From NCBI GenBank assembly GCA_963777955.1, contig CAVZSQ010000022.1, positions 641,020 through 705,019 of the forward strand: a stretch of DNA of 64,000 nt. Direction: 5' to 3'. The DNA is from Calditrichia bacterium. GTDB taxonomy: Bacteria > Calditrichota > Calditrichia > JAJRVZ01. The first letter of the stretch is position 1; each line of letters begins with the position of its first letter. Of the stretch, positions 20,948 through 31,277 are shown piece after piece. The position numbers were made by a program, and so were the translations under genes. The notes beneath the pieces are model-generated. The model saw nothing but the letters and a program-made list of their open reading frames with translations, ran no database searches and was not told where the DNA came from.

Positions 20948-21040
20948 AAATATATATACTTATTCATATTTATTATCGGATAATTTTAGTCCAAATCAAG
21001 TCCGGAAATGAAAATAGCAGGAAGTCGATCAGTTTAATTA

Positions 21041-21140
21041 AGGGACAAAGGGACAAAGAAATAACCCATTAAGGGGTGGTATTAGGCGTAAAATGATAAG
21101 GCACTGGTATTGGTACAAAGGGACTCAGTGCTTAACATCA
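21041..21140. repeat. intergenic 8-bp-period repeat element (locus 2, short)
   Basis: agggacaaagggacaaag at 21041-21058, followed by ggcactg...acaaagggactcagtgc, an inverted GCACTG/CAGTGC pair around an ACAAAGGGACTCAG unit. Confidence 0.5.
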
Positions 21141-21158
21141 GGTGACTAGTTCTTCTTT

Positions 21159-23039
21159 TTATGTATACTTCACAATCACAATGGTCAAATCATCATTGAA
21201 TTCTTGCATCCGGGTAAAGTTGTGAACTTCTTCCAGAATCAGGTTCTTCAATTGATAACTGTTCAAATGCCCGTTTTTTTTAAGAATCTGCAATAATCTT
21301 TCTTCTCCGAATTCAATACCATCAAGATTAATTGCTTCGGTCAATCCATCGGTATAGCAGAATAATATGTCCCCTTTTTGAAAAGATTTGGTGATTTGAG
21401 TATAAATTTGATTCGGCAGATAACCTATTATTATACCGCCGCCCATTAATTTTTCCGTCGAACCATCCGCATGCAACAGGATCGGGGGATTATGTCCGGC
21501 ATTGGTATAGATCATTTTATTTTCCCGGGTTGACAGGATCAGGTATACCAGGGTGGCATAATTACCTTCGCTTACACTTTCTTCCAGCAAATTATTCAGA
21601 CGTGCAACTATCTCGCAGACGGTCAGGGCCGATTTCTTGAATGCCCGGAATCCGGCCAGTATCAAGGACATCATGATCGCGGCATGGGCACCTTTGCCGG
21701 ATACATCGCCAATAATAACGCCGAGCATCTGGTCATCCATGGGCACCAGATCAAACAGATCACCGCTGACCATTTTACTGGCCAGGTGGGCAAAAGAGAT
21801 ATTCAAATTGTTAAAAGAGGGCGGATGACTGGGCAGCAGGACTTTCTGGACTTTGCCGGCTTTCAGTAATTCATGCTCGAGGGACTGTTTGGTCAGAAAG
21901 ATTTCAAACTGTTTGGCATTGTTCAGGGCACTGGCAGCCTGCATGGCAAAAATATTCAATAGTTCCAGGGAGCGGCTGGTAAAATAACCCAGTTGATTGC
22001 TCTCCAGGCATAAGACACCGATTAATTCATTCTGAAAGAGCAACGGTAAAGCGACCTGGGAGAGTGTCTCCTGGCGGACCGGATAGTATTGAGCTGATTT
22101 TTTGACATCTTCTAATAATGATATTTGTTTATGCTGGGCCACCCAGCCGCAGGCACCCTGCCCGACCTTAAGCGTTAAATCGACATCCTGGTCGTAGCCC
22201 TTGCTGACCTTGCGGAGCAGATTCCTGGAATCAGGATCAAACAGAAAAATGACCCCGGCATCAAAGGATACAACCTCTGATAAGGCCTGTAACAAAAAAT
22301 TCAGGATTTTTTCCGTATTCAGGGAGGATAAAATTTGTTGGCTCACTTCGAAAAGTTTATTGATCTGCAGATTTTTCTGAAAAACATCCAGGTACAATAG
22401 CGTATTTTCCAGTATCTGACCGGACTTCGTGATTACTCTCCCGGCCAGGGCTGCTGTTGATTTTTTAGTAATAAAATCAAAATTACGGGCCTTGCTGAAA
22501 ACCAGGGCGACCTTGCGGTTCTTACCCGGGATGCACAAAACTGTATCCAGATTTTCCTTTTTAAACAGTGAAACCTGGGGGGATTGAATCAGCAGACCTT
22601 CGGCTGACTGCAGCAGTCGCTGGTCACTATCCGTTTTTATCTCCAGTAGCGGAGGAAGCAGCTCGGCAAGAGTTTCGGGATAAGACCGGTATCGCTGAAA
22701 GCGATTTTCATTATTTATGTAAAGGATCCAGGGACCGTGTGCTAAAATCCTCTCAAACACGCTCTGGTACTTATTCAGTAACTCCTGGTGGTCCACAATT
22801 TGATTGAGCTGAAAATTAAATTCCTGCAAAGTATTTTCAATAGTGGTTATATGTGGATAAAACCTGCGGCTGATCAGAGAGCGGACCGGCGGTTGTATCC
22901 GTGATTGCAAAATAAGAAAAATAACAATAATAACCGCCACTGCCAGAAATCCGGGTATATGCAGGATATCTGCTACCAGCAAATAAATGGATAAATAGAT
23001 ACCAAACTGAAAAAATTTTTCTAAGTAAGGACGTATCAA
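21159..23039 (-). CDS. membrane-anchored GAF-PP2C (SpoIIE/RsbU-family) serine phosphatase
   Basis: Two N-terminal TM helices, a GAF domain, and a C-terminal PPM domain (GDVSGKG, NAGHNPP and YTDGLTEA blocks). Confidence 0.8.
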   Translation of the reverse strand: MIRPYLEKFFQFGIYLSIYLLVADILHIPGFLAVAVIIVIFLILQSRIQPPVRSLISRRFYPHITTIENTLQEFNFQLNQIVDHQELLNKYQSVFERILAHGPWILYINNENRFQRYRSYPETLAELLPPLLEIKTDSDQRLLQSAEGLLIQSPQVSLFKKENLDTVLCIPGKNRKVALVFSKARNFDFITKKSTAALAGRVITKSGQILENTLLYLDVFQKNLQINKLFEVSQQILSSLNTEKILNFLLQALSEVVSFDAGVIFLFDPDSRNLLRKVSKGYDQDVDLTLKVGQGACGWVAQHKQISLLEDVKKSAQYYPVRQETLSQVALPLLFQNELIGVLCLESNQLGYFTSRSLELLNIFAMQAASALNNAKQFEIFLTKQSLEHELLKAGKVQKVLLPSHPPSFNNLNISFAHLASKMVSGDLFDLVPMDDQMLGVIIGDVSGKGAHAAIMMSLILAGFRAFKKSALTVCEIVARLNNLLEESVSEGNYATLVYLILSTRENKMIYTNAGHNPPILLHADGSTEKLMGGGIIIGYLPNQIYTQITKSFQKGDILFCYTDGLTEAINLDGIEFGEERLLQILKKNGHLNSYQLKNLILEEVHNFTRMQEFNDDLTIVIVKYT

Positions 23040-23138
23040 GGATGACTCCGCTGAATTTTAAATATATTGAGGTTACAGAATAAATTCAAGCCGGAATACC
23101 TGAAAGGTGTATCGAAAAATATAAATAAGTGGCGGATT

Positions 23139-24908
23139 CTAACTGAGGATTTGCAGGGAGAGCAGGGTGATATCATCGCTTTGCTGGGCGCCGGCGGTAT
23201 ATTTTTTTAATTCGCCGATAATATTTTCATTGATCTGCCGGACATTGAGAGCAGCACATTGATTGATTAAAAAATCTTTTAAGCGGGCCTCACCGAATTC
23301 CTGATCATTGACATTCATGGCTTCACTCACTCCATCGGTATACATCAGCAGGGTATCGCCGCTGCTCAGGGTGCAGTTGCCGATTTCATAAGGCATTTCC
23401 GGCAGCATGCCCAGGATGATCCCGCCCTCATGCAATTCGCGGATGGATCTGTCTTTATGGATCAGAAATGGCGGATTATGACCGGCGTTTACAAATTGAA
23501 AATTAAGGGTTTGAACATTTAATTGACCGTAAAAAAATGTTATATATTTTTCAGGATCGGTATTATTATAAATGAGGTTGTTGATTCGTGATACCAGTTT
23601 GTCCAGGGGATAATTTTCGCGGATCAGTGAATGCAGGCTGGCCTGTAAATTTGACATTAACAATGAAGCAGGCATTCCTTTCCCGGAAACGTCTGCTATG
23701 GTCAGTCCATATACCTGGTCATCTATGCGGATCACGTCATAGTAATCGCCGCCCACCTGTTTACTGGGGACATTGGTGCCATGAATTTTAATCAACTCCA
23801 GCTCGGGCATGGATTTGGGAAACAACCGGTTCTGGATTTTACGGGCCAGGTTCATTTCTTCTTCCAGTCTCTGTTTTTCCAGGGTCTCCTGGAACAGCCG
23901 GGCATTCTCCAGAGATATGATGGCCACGTTACCCAGGGTCTGTAGAAACTCCAGATCGCTGGTGCTGTATTGTTGCTTGTTGATTTTTTCACTAAGGAAA
24001 ATAAAACCCTTGGTCTCGTTCTGGATCTGCATAGGCACCACCACCCTGACTCCCCGTTCCTTCAGGGCTTTATCGAATTCGTTAAGATCCTCCCGCAAAT
24101 AAGGTTTAGCCAGCAGCGCACTTTTATCGCACAGAGTCTTACACAATTCACCTTCCCGCAGCGCGAAAGTATTGCCTTTGATCAGCGCGGCCCGGAAGGT
24201 ATCGGTTTCCTTCAGAGCTATCAGAAAATTGTTGACGGTGACCTGGCCCATCAGCGCATACGATAACAGTTTCAATATTTTTTCCTTTTCCAGGGTCAGG
24301 TTCAATTCTTTGCCGATCTCGAACAGGGTATTTAATTCCTGGATTTTATGATCAAGTTGCCGGTTCACTCTTTTTATTTCTTCAAAGCCCAGAGCGTTTT
24401 CAATAGAGGTAGCCGCAATATTGGCCAGCGAGTTCAAAAATTCCAGTTCCGCTTCCAGGAAAGGTTGGCCATTAATCTTATTGCAAAATCCCATTATGCC
24501 TAAAATGTCGGCCCGGCTGATAAAAGGGATCAGAATTTCTATTTTTAAATCATTGAAAAATGACAGCCAGGGGGTTTGTGCCGACAGGTCTTTCACAAAC
24601 ACAGGGTGATCCGGCACATCGGCTAGTTGCACGGATTTTCCGTGCAGTGAAAGCGATAATCCTTTTATGGTTTCAACAACGAATTCAGAGTTTTCCTTTT
24701 TTAAAAGGATCAGTCCTTTACCGAGCATCATTCTACCCATGGGTACCAGCAGGATATTGTTTAAGATGGACTGCAAATTTAAAGAAGAGTTCAGGGTCAG
24801 GCTGATTTCGATCAGAGCGGAAAGTTCCAGCAAGCGGCGGTCCACGCTGGAAACATCGTTCGGATCAACGGATTGAAGCGGTCGATCCTGGTCAGGAATA
24901 TCCGACAT
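23139..24908 (-). CDS. tandem-GAF PP2C (SpoIIE/RsbU-family) serine phosphatase
   Basis: Two GAF domains and a C-terminal PPM domain (ADVSGKG, NAGHNPPF, YTDGVSEA). Confidence 0.8.
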   Translation of the reverse strand: MSDIPDQDRPLQSVDPNDVSSVDRRLLELSALIEISLTLNSSLNLQSILNNILLVPMGRMMLGKGLILLKKENSEFVVETIKGLSLSLHGKSVQLADVPDHPVFVKDLSAQTPWLSFFNDLKIEILIPFISRADILGIMGFCNKINGQPFLEAELEFLNSLANIAATSIENALGFEEIKRVNRQLDHKIQELNTLFEIGKELNLTLEKEKILKLLSYALMGQVTVNNFLIALKETDTFRAALIKGNTFALREGELCKTLCDKSALLAKPYLREDLNEFDKALKERGVRVVVPMQIQNETKGFIFLSEKINKQQYSTSDLEFLQTLGNVAIISLENARLFQETLEKQRLEEEMNLARKIQNRLFPKSMPELELIKIHGTNVPSKQVGGDYYDVIRIDDQVYGLTIADVSGKGMPASLLMSNLQASLHSLIRENYPLDKLVSRINNLIYNNTDPEKYITFFYGQLNVQTLNFQFVNAGHNPPFLIHKDRSIRELHEGGIILGMLPEMPYEIGNCTLSSGDTLLMYTDGVSEAMNVNDQEFGEARLKDFLINQCAALNVRQINENIIGELKKYTAGAQQSDDITLLSLQILS

Positions 24909-24929
24909 GAGGTTGTACCTGAAGTTGTA

Positions 24930-25358
24930 TCAATTTAAATATTTGGTCAATTGTACCTGGTTTTTTATGCCGGGATTGAATTCATAGCGGACATCATCCA
25001 TGAGAGTTTTGATCAGATATATTCCTAATCCGCCATGCCGTGATTCCTTGATATAGGTTTTTAGATCAGGATCCTGAAGTTTGGAAAAATCAAAACCGCG
25101 ACCTTTGTCGGTGATAGTGATTTTTATTTTTTGGGGATCTATCTGAATGGATATGTCGATCAAACGGCTGGCATTAAATTTATATGCATGTTTAATGACA
25201 TTGGTGCAGGCTTCGTCAACCGCCAGGGCAATCTGTTCCTGTTTTTCATTATTAAAACCTGCTTTTTCGGCAACTCTGCGGATGAAATCTCTGATCAGAT
25301 ATAAATTATCGGTCACACTGGGTACTTTTAATTTAAATTTCTGGACTCTATCGCTCAT
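24930..25358 (-). CDS. anti-sigma regulatory factor serine kinase (RsbW/SpoIIAB-like HATPase_c)
   Basis: 142 aa with DEACTNVIKHAY (N box), GRGF and GGLGIYLI (G boxes). Confidence 0.8.
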   Translation of the reverse strand: MSDRVQKFKLKVPSVTDNLYLIRDFIRRVAEKAGFNNEKQEQIALAVDEACTNVIKHAYKFNASRLIDISIQIDPQKIKITITDKGRGFDFSKLQDPDLKTYIKESRHGGLGIYLIKTLMDDVRYEFNPGIKNQVQLTKYLN

Positions 25359-25408
25359 ACAATTTCCATTCGCTTTTCCTGTTGACGAAGATCCTGCGGC
25401 AATTCAGT

Positions 25409-25786
25409 TTAATCAGCATGGTATTTAGTTGCCGCCTCATTTTCTTCCTTGAAAATCTGATAGAGCGCTGGAAAACCCAGTAAATCGAATACTTTATATA
25501 CTTTGTCGGGTAAATTCGACAATTTTATATCCCCTTTATTATCCCGTATTTCTTCAATGAAACCCATGAATACGCCTAAACCTGCACTGCTGATATAATT
25601 TAGATCCGACATACTGACGATAATTTTATATCTGCGCTCGGTCAGGAGTTGTTGAATGGCCTGTTCGAACTTAGGTGCGGTATGTGCATCCAGGAAACCT
25701 TTCAGCCGCAAGATACTTACATCTGAACGGTCTTCACGTGCTACTTCAAAATTCTCCATTAAATTTCCTCCGCATCTATAGATCAC
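25409..25786 (-). CDS. STAS-domain anti-sigma-factor antagonist (RsbV/SpoIIAA-like)
   Basis: STAS fold with the ...DLNYISSAGLGVF... phosphorylatable serine region. The likely start is M at 25759 (MENFEV...). Confidence 0.8.
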   Translation of the reverse strand: MIYRCGGNLMENFEVAREDRSDVSILRLKGFLDAHTAPKFEQAIQQLLTERRYKIIVSMSDLNYISSAGLGVFMGFIEEIRDNKGDIKLSNLPDKVYKVFDLLGFPALYQIFKEENEAATKYHAD

Positions 25787-25904
25787 ATTTTAAAATATTT
25801 ACTCAAACACATTCCGGCAGCGATATTAAACCCTAATTTAAAATCAGAAACGAACTAATCCAATTTAAATATTTCTGAATTTCTACTATACGCAAATTGA
25901 CAAT

Positions 25905-27986
25905 TTAAGTTTTGACCAATATCAGAGTCAGATCATCAGCCAGGCTCTGTCCATCCAAAAATTTCAAAATCGCTTCCATGACAACCTGTTTAATCTCACT
26001 GGCGGACTTCACTGCACTTTCCTGTATCAGTGCACAAAGTCTATCCTCGCCGAATTCTTCTCCGCTTTTATTGCGTGCTTCAGATAAGCCATCGGTGAAA
26101 AAAACGAATATATCTCCGGAATTGAGCGAAACAGACTCTTCAACCAGGGTCTGGGTAAATATCTGCCCCTTTTCTAAACCAACACCGATGCCCTGCGGTT
26201 GTAACAACCTGACTTGCTGCTGCTGATTATTGTAATACAGCAGCGGGCAGTGACCGGCACGGGCAAAGGTAATTTTCCGGTGCTTACAATCCAGACTGGC
26301 CATCAACATGCTGATAAATGTTTTACGCTCCAGTGTTTCGTAAAGTATTTCATTGGTGCGAATCAGCAGTTCGCGCGGATTGTTAAATGTTTTACTCAAT
26401 GATTGTACGACGCCCTTGGCCTCAGCCATATAAAAAGCCGCTGAAGTGCCTTTGCCGCTGACATCACCGATAATGAAGCCGATATGACCGTCGGGCAGAT
26501 ATACAAAATCATAGTAATCCCCGCCAACCTCGTATGCCGTGATAGTCAGGCATTCAATATCAATACCGTCCAGTTCTGGTTTTTTTTGCGGCAGCAACCG
26601 TTGCTGCACTTCCCTGGCTATACGCAGTTCTTCCTTCAGGCGTTCCTGCTCCAGGGATTCTCTTAGTAACATGGCATTATCCAGAGCGATAACAGCCTGA
26701 CTGGCATAGGCTTCGACCATTGCCAGATCATCGGGATCAAAACCGTAAGCGTGTTTTTTAGCGGCGTACAGAATTCCCAGCGGTTGATTGTTGCTGGAAA
26801 TCAGCGGCACACCGATCAGCGAGTGAATCTCATTTTTCCATTTTTTAAAGTAAGCATACGGGTGCGTTCTGGTGATCTGATTGAGCAGTAACGATTTTTT
26901 ACTCTCGAAAATCTGCGACCTGAAATCCTGCTGGGCGGGTTGATTAAATGATTGGATTTCTTTTTCGTTTAAATTATAATGCGCTACAATTTCCAATTGT
27001 TTCGATTCTTCCCGGTACATTTCCAGCCAGGTATAATCGCTGCCGATGACATAGCGGATCATTTCAGTCACCAGTCGCACCAGTTTGTCAAAATTGAATT
27101 CGGTACTGATGGCGCGGCTCAGGTCGTGTAAAGAGCCCACTTCTTTCATTTTGCGGTCAAAGGCCCGGGCTGTGGGCAGGTGCAATAACAGATACAGACA
27201 GGAGAAAATTGTATAACTGACCAGTAAATACCAGGTAATGTTGGCAAAAACAGCCACGGCCAGGCTATGGGCCGGTACAGCGAAAACAAAGGCAAAATCA
27301 AATAAATAAAAAACCGCCCAGATTAAAAACAGTGAAATAAAGAAATAGTATATTTTTTCCTTGCGCGAAAGATAAGAAATCCAGGAATTGCGGAAAGAAA
27401 GCAGGAAAATAAATACCAGTACGCCGATAAGAAAGGCATTGTTATAAATTCCGGGCCCCTGGAATTCCAGGTTAAAATTTGCCTTGGTAATGACGGTGGC
27501 GATAACTGTGGCGGCAGATAACAATATAAAACCGTTCATCAGAAAAATGGTGCGTTGTGTACGGCGATAGTAGATCAGGTTTTTCAGAATGATCAACAGC
27601 GGTGTCATCAGTGCGATGGCAATCAGGGAGATAATATTGGCATAGAATACACTGCCGAGATTTTCGGGTAAGGGTGGAAAAGAGGCCGGAGAAAAACTGT
27701 GACTGAACAGGAGTTGGCAGATGATCACCAGGATATACAGCAGGCCGAGCAGATAGACAAAAATTCTGAGATTTTCCTGAATTGTTTTATCCTGAAAATT
27801 ATATTCGTTGGTGATCAGGCGGTAAAATAACAGGCCTACGGCAATCATCATTATTTCGGCCAGATAGTCAAGGGTTGGAATATTGACATCACTGTTGAGC
27901 TTGAAAATATCGTAGAGCAGCGGCAGTACGATTAGTACGATCATTAACGGTACTATGATTTTCAGCGGAGTTAAGGATATCTTCAT
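25905..27986 (-). CDS. polytopic membrane sensor - GAF - PP2C (SpoIIE/RsbU-family) serine phosphatase
   Basis: About 8 N-terminal TM helices, a GAF domain, and a PPM domain (GDVSGKG, RAGHCP, FTDGLSEA). Confidence 0.8.
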   Translation of the reverse strand: MKISLTPLKIIVPLMIVLIVLPLLYDIFKLNSDVNIPTLDYLAEIMMIAVGLLFYRLITNEYNFQDKTIQENLRIFVYLLGLLYILVIICQLLFSHSFSPASFPPLPENLGSVFYANIISLIAIALMTPLLIILKNLIYYRRTQRTIFLMNGFILLSAATVIATVITKANFNLEFQGPGIYNNAFLIGVLVFIFLLSFRNSWISYLSRKEKIYYFFISLFLIWAVFYLFDFAFVFAVPAHSLAVAVFANITWYLLVSYTIFSCLYLLLHLPTARAFDRKMKEVGSLHDLSRAISTEFNFDKLVRLVTEMIRYVIGSDYTWLEMYREESKQLEIVAHYNLNEKEIQSFNQPAQQDFRSQIFESKKSLLLNQITRTHPYAYFKKWKNEIHSLIGVPLISSNNQPLGILYAAKKHAYGFDPDDLAMVEAYASQAVIALDNAMLLRESLEQERLKEELRIAREVQQRLLPQKKPELDGIDIECLTITAYEVGGDYYDFVYLPDGHIGFIIGDVSGKGTSAAFYMAEAKGVVQSLSKTFNNPRELLIRTNEILYETLERKTFISMLMASLDCKHRKITFARAGHCPLLYYNNQQQQVRLLQPQGIGVGLEKGQIFTQTLVEESVSLNSGDIFVFFTDGLSEARNKSGEEFGEDRLCALIQESAVKSASEIKQVVMEAILKFLDGQSLADDLTLILVKT

Positions 27987-28633
27987 TCCACCATAACCTT
28001 GATCGGAAAGTTCAAATTAAAATTAGTACCCAGCAGCTGATGGTGCCGGTCATAATGCACCACCCTCCTGTTTCCTGAATCAGCCACTAAAAGCGTTCCG
28101 TCGTATCGATTTATTTCGAGATCATACGGATTATAGAATCCCATCAATTCTAATGGACGAGTTCCGGAGGCAGAAAGTTGCATAACAGCTGAATCAAAAT
28201 CATCAAGATTCACGATCCAGAGCACAGCACTGTCGGCTGCGCAGGAAATATCACCGGCGATTTTTAAACTGTCCAGGCATTGAAAATCTTCCCCAGCATC
28301 GGTCCGGGCGTAAATTCGATCCCAGCTCCCCGTATCATCGACCAGCCAGTAATGTTTCAGATCCGGACTTTCTGCGTACCTTTCCGGTTGTACCAGCGGA
28401 TCGTTTCGCACGGTGCTGATTTCAGATATATAATTTCCATTGTGGTCAAGTTGAATGATTTTGTTCAAGCCCTGGTCGACGATATCGATGTGGCCGGCTT
28501 TGCCGGAAATCGAAATCTGCACCGGTTTGTCCAGGATGGACGGTAGCAGTTGTACCTGAAATGTCAGGGCGTCGACACGATAGAGATAACCTGTACTGTC
28601 AATCACCCAGAAACAGGCTAACTTCCTGATCAT
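27983..28633 (-). CDS. NHL-repeat beta-propeller domain protein (possibly the C-terminal part of the upstream lipoprotein)
   Basis: NHL-type motifs (WVIDSTGYLYRVD, LLVADSGNRRVVHY). It overlaps the upstream ORF by 35 nt, which is consistent with a frameshift or with a genuine overlapping start. Confidence 0.55.
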   Translation of the reverse strand: MIRKLACFWVIDSTGYLYRVDALTFQVQLLPSILDKPVQISISGKAGHIDIVDQGLNKIIQLDHNGNYISEISTVRNDPLVQPERYAESPDLKHYWLVDDTGSWDRIYARTDAGEDFQCLDSLKIAGDISCAADSAVLWIVNLDDFDSAVMQLSASGTRPLELMGFYNPYDLEINRYDGTLLVADSGNRRVVHYDRHHQLLGTNFNLNFPIKVMVE

Positions 28634-29291
28634 AGAGCACTTTAAGGGGATGCGTGATCGTGGTAATTTGTGCCAGTGATTGCAGGGAAAGCATATCGAA
28701 ACCTTCGATGATTCCGTAGTTGTTGTAAATGATTAATCCTTTCTGCAGGTCTGTGGCGATGGCCAGATCGGTAGGCGGCCAGTTGGTATAATAATTAGCC
28801 ACGACGTGCTCGACATCGTAGGTAGTGTGTACCAGCTGGTAGCCCCACTTATCCACAATCCACACATCTCCGGGTCCCGGCACAATGGATACGGTGTTGG
28901 AGGGCTTACTCTCTAACCCTTCGCTGACCACAGTCAAATAATAACTGTAACGCTCCAGGTAGGATGCATTCTTGTCGATATATTGCCGGGACCCGGGCGG
29001 CAGATTGGCCTCAATTATTTTAAAGGTGCTATCCACCTCTTCCCAGCGACGGTGTATTCTAAAACCGGAATATCCTTCCAAATTTGGCTGATCCCAACTT
29101 AATTCCACTCCCTGTTCACTGGAAGTCACGTTTAGATTAAGATTGAGTTGCCCGTTTGGATCAAAAGGATTTTGTTTGTCCCGTTCAGCACAAGACCAGC
29201 TGAGGCAAGACAATACACAGATCATTAAAAGCCGATACCCGATAACACCGTTATAATTTTTACTTGTCATATGAGCGGAAAATAAATTCAT
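28599..29291 (-). CDS. lipoprotein with an Ig/Fn3-like domain (possibly the N-terminal part of the NHL protein)
   Basis: Signal peptide with lipobox (LSWSCAE), followed by a beta-rich domain. Confidence 0.5.
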   Translation of the reverse strand: MNLFSAHMTSKNYNGVIGYRLLMICVLSCLSWSCAERDKQNPFDPNGQLNLNLNVTSSEQGVELSWDQPNLEGYSGFRIHRRWEEVDSTFKIIEANLPPGSRQYIDKNASYLERYSYYLTVVSEGLESKPSNTVSIVPGPGDVWIVDKWGYQLVHTTYDVEHVVANYYTNWPPTDLAIATDLQKGLIIYNNYGIIEGFDMLSLQSLAQITTITHPLKVLYDQEVSLFLGD

Positions 29292-29415
29292 TTTTTATCC
29301 GGATATTAAACCGGTTCCATTAGCAACAGGTTAATTTATGAATTTAAGCCTCTTTTTAAAAGTCAATTCCCATGTCAAATGACCGGCGGCAGGAAATAAA
29401 TGACGCAGTAGTTAC

Positions 29416-30057
29416 TTAATGCAGCAGGGAGAAAATGGCCTGCTGCACCTGTTCGATCCCCTGCATGCCATTTACGCTGAAAAAATGTCCTTTGGAGAGA
29501 TAATAGTCTTTTATAGGTTTGGTCACTTCATGGTAAACCTGCAGCCGGTGTGTAATGGTCTGTTCCTGATCATCCTGACGCTGGATAATATTGCCGCCGC
29601 AATGGGGACAGAGCAGTGTAGCCGGAGGAGGATTGGTAAGCAGATTGAAGTCCGTGGCGCAGCGTTCACAGGCACGCCGGTTGATCAGACGTTTGATTAA
29701 CTCCGAGTCGGGAACCACGATTTCAATACAATAAAAGGCAGGCAGTTTTAATTTAAGCATCAGGGCATCCAGCTCCTGCGCCTGGGTTATCGTGCGGGGA
29801 AATCCATCCAGAATAAATCCATGCTGGCAGTCTGGTTGTGTAATGCGCTGCCGGATCAATTCCAGGATTAGATCGTCCGGGACCAGTTTACCCTGTTTCA
29901 TCAGTTCCCCGGCTTTTTTCCCCAGGGGTGTATTAAGCCGCACCGCTTCCCGCAGCATATCACCGGTAGAGATCTGCGGTATCTGGTAATGTTTACTGAT
30001 TAATTTAGCCTGGGTGCCTTTACCAACACCGGGCGCACCAAAAAGAATCAAATACAT
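29416..30057 (-). CDS. adk: adenylate kinase
   Basis: GAPGVGKGTQ P-loop and a LID domain with Cys4 zinc knuckle (C..C...C..C). Length is 213 aa. Confidence 0.9.
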   Translation of the reverse strand: MYLILFGAPGVGKGTQAKLISKHYQIPQISTGDMLREAVRLNTPLGKKAGELMKQGKLVPDDLILELIRQRITQPDCQHGFILDGFPRTITQAQELDALMLKLKLPAFYCIEIVVPDSELIKRLINRRACERCATDFNLLTNPPPATLLCPHCGGNIIQRQDDQEQTITHRLQVYHEVTKPIKDYYLSKGHFFSVNGMQGIEQVQQAIFSLLH

Positions 30058-30076
30058 GATCCGGTTCTCCCCTTAA

Positions 30077-31225
30077 TTATTGTATCATTCTATTAATTTT
30101 AGACGAAGTTCCTATGCGTGTGCCAATTCTGACATCATGCTTGGCATACAATTGCCCGCAGGCAGCCTGGATTTCCCAGCCTTTTCTGAGACGGACCATG
30201 GCCGTACGCTGATGAGCATTCAGGTATTCCCGGAACCAGATGATTTTGTCCGGGGGCGGGGGCGGAAATTCCGGATCTGCGGAATTACATGGTATTAAAT
30301 TTATTTTACAGGGAATACGCGCAGTAAATTTTAATAGTTGCTCGGCATCGCGCCGGGTATCGTTTATATTATCGATCAGGATATACTCAAAAGTCACCCG
30401 CCGGCGGGTCCGCCGCACGTAATAATAGATTATTTTTTGCAGTTCAGCTAATGGCTGCAGAATAGACATGGGCATGATCTTCTGCCGCTTATCCTGGAAG
30501 ACAGCGTTGAGCGAGATAGCCAGCGAAAAGGGAGCGTTCAGATCAGCTAATTGACGTATACCGTTGATCATCCCACTGGTCGAGATGGTAATTTTTTTTC
30601 TGGAGAAGGTCAATCCTTCAGGATCCGCCAGCAGGTGACTGGCTTTTAATACGTTGCGCAAATTAAGCAGAGGTTCACCCATACCCATAAATACAATGTT
30701 CGTTGGCAGATTAGCGGAGACCTGCTCTTTCATTAACAGCACCTGTTCGACAATTTCACCGCTGGACAGATTCCTCAGGAATCCCATTTTACCGGTAGCA
30801 CAGAATTTACAATCCAGGGCACAGCCGACCTGAGAAGAGATGCAAAAAGTTATACGCTTGCCCTCATAAATAATCACACTTTCGATTTTCAGACCGTCAG
30901 CCAATTCCCACAGGAATTTAACCGTACCATCAAGGGCCGATGCCGTGCTGGTCACCGGTTTTAAAGAGCGTAAGCGTACACTGCGATCCAGTTCCTGGCG
31001 CAGGTTTTTGGGAATGGTGCTCAAATGAGCAAAATCGGCCAGATTTTCCACATAAATACCGCGAAAAATCTGCCTGGCGCGGAATTTTTCCAGTCCCAGG
31101 TTACCGACAAAAGTCAATAACTCTTCATACGAATGATCCAGCAAGTAAACCGTACGGTTTACCTTACGGTTTATCTTGTTTTGAATATCAGATTGCATAA
31201 ATTCGAATCGCTTTGTATAATTCAA
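30077..31225 (-). CDS. rlmN: 23S rRNA (adenine2503-C2)-methyltransferase, radical SAM (RlmN/Cfr family)
   Basis: GCALDCKFCATG radical SAM cluster motif, the C-terminal conserved Cys, and the RlmN-typical length of 382 aa. Confidence 0.8.
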   Translation of the reverse strand: MNYTKRFEFMQSDIQNKINRKVNRTVYLLDHSYEELLTFVGNLGLEKFRARQIFRGIYVENLADFAHLSTIPKNLRQELDRSVRLRSLKPVTSTASALDGTVKFLWELADGLKIESVIIYEGKRITFCISSQVGCALDCKFCATGKMGFLRNLSSGEIVEQVLLMKEQVSANLPTNIVFMGMGEPLLNLRNVLKASHLLADPEGLTFSRKKITISTSGMINGIRQLADLNAPFSLAISLNAVFQDKRQKIMPMSILQPLAELQKIIYYYVRRTRRRVTFEYILIDNINDTRRDAEQLLKFTARIPCKINLIPCNSADPEFPPPPPDKIIWFREYLNAHQRTAMVRLRKGWEIQAACGQLYAKHDVRIGTRIGTSSKINRMIQ

Positions 31226-31277
31226 TTAAAATTAAAATGTAAAGCTAATCAAAAAAACTAACAAGGAATTTAACTCG

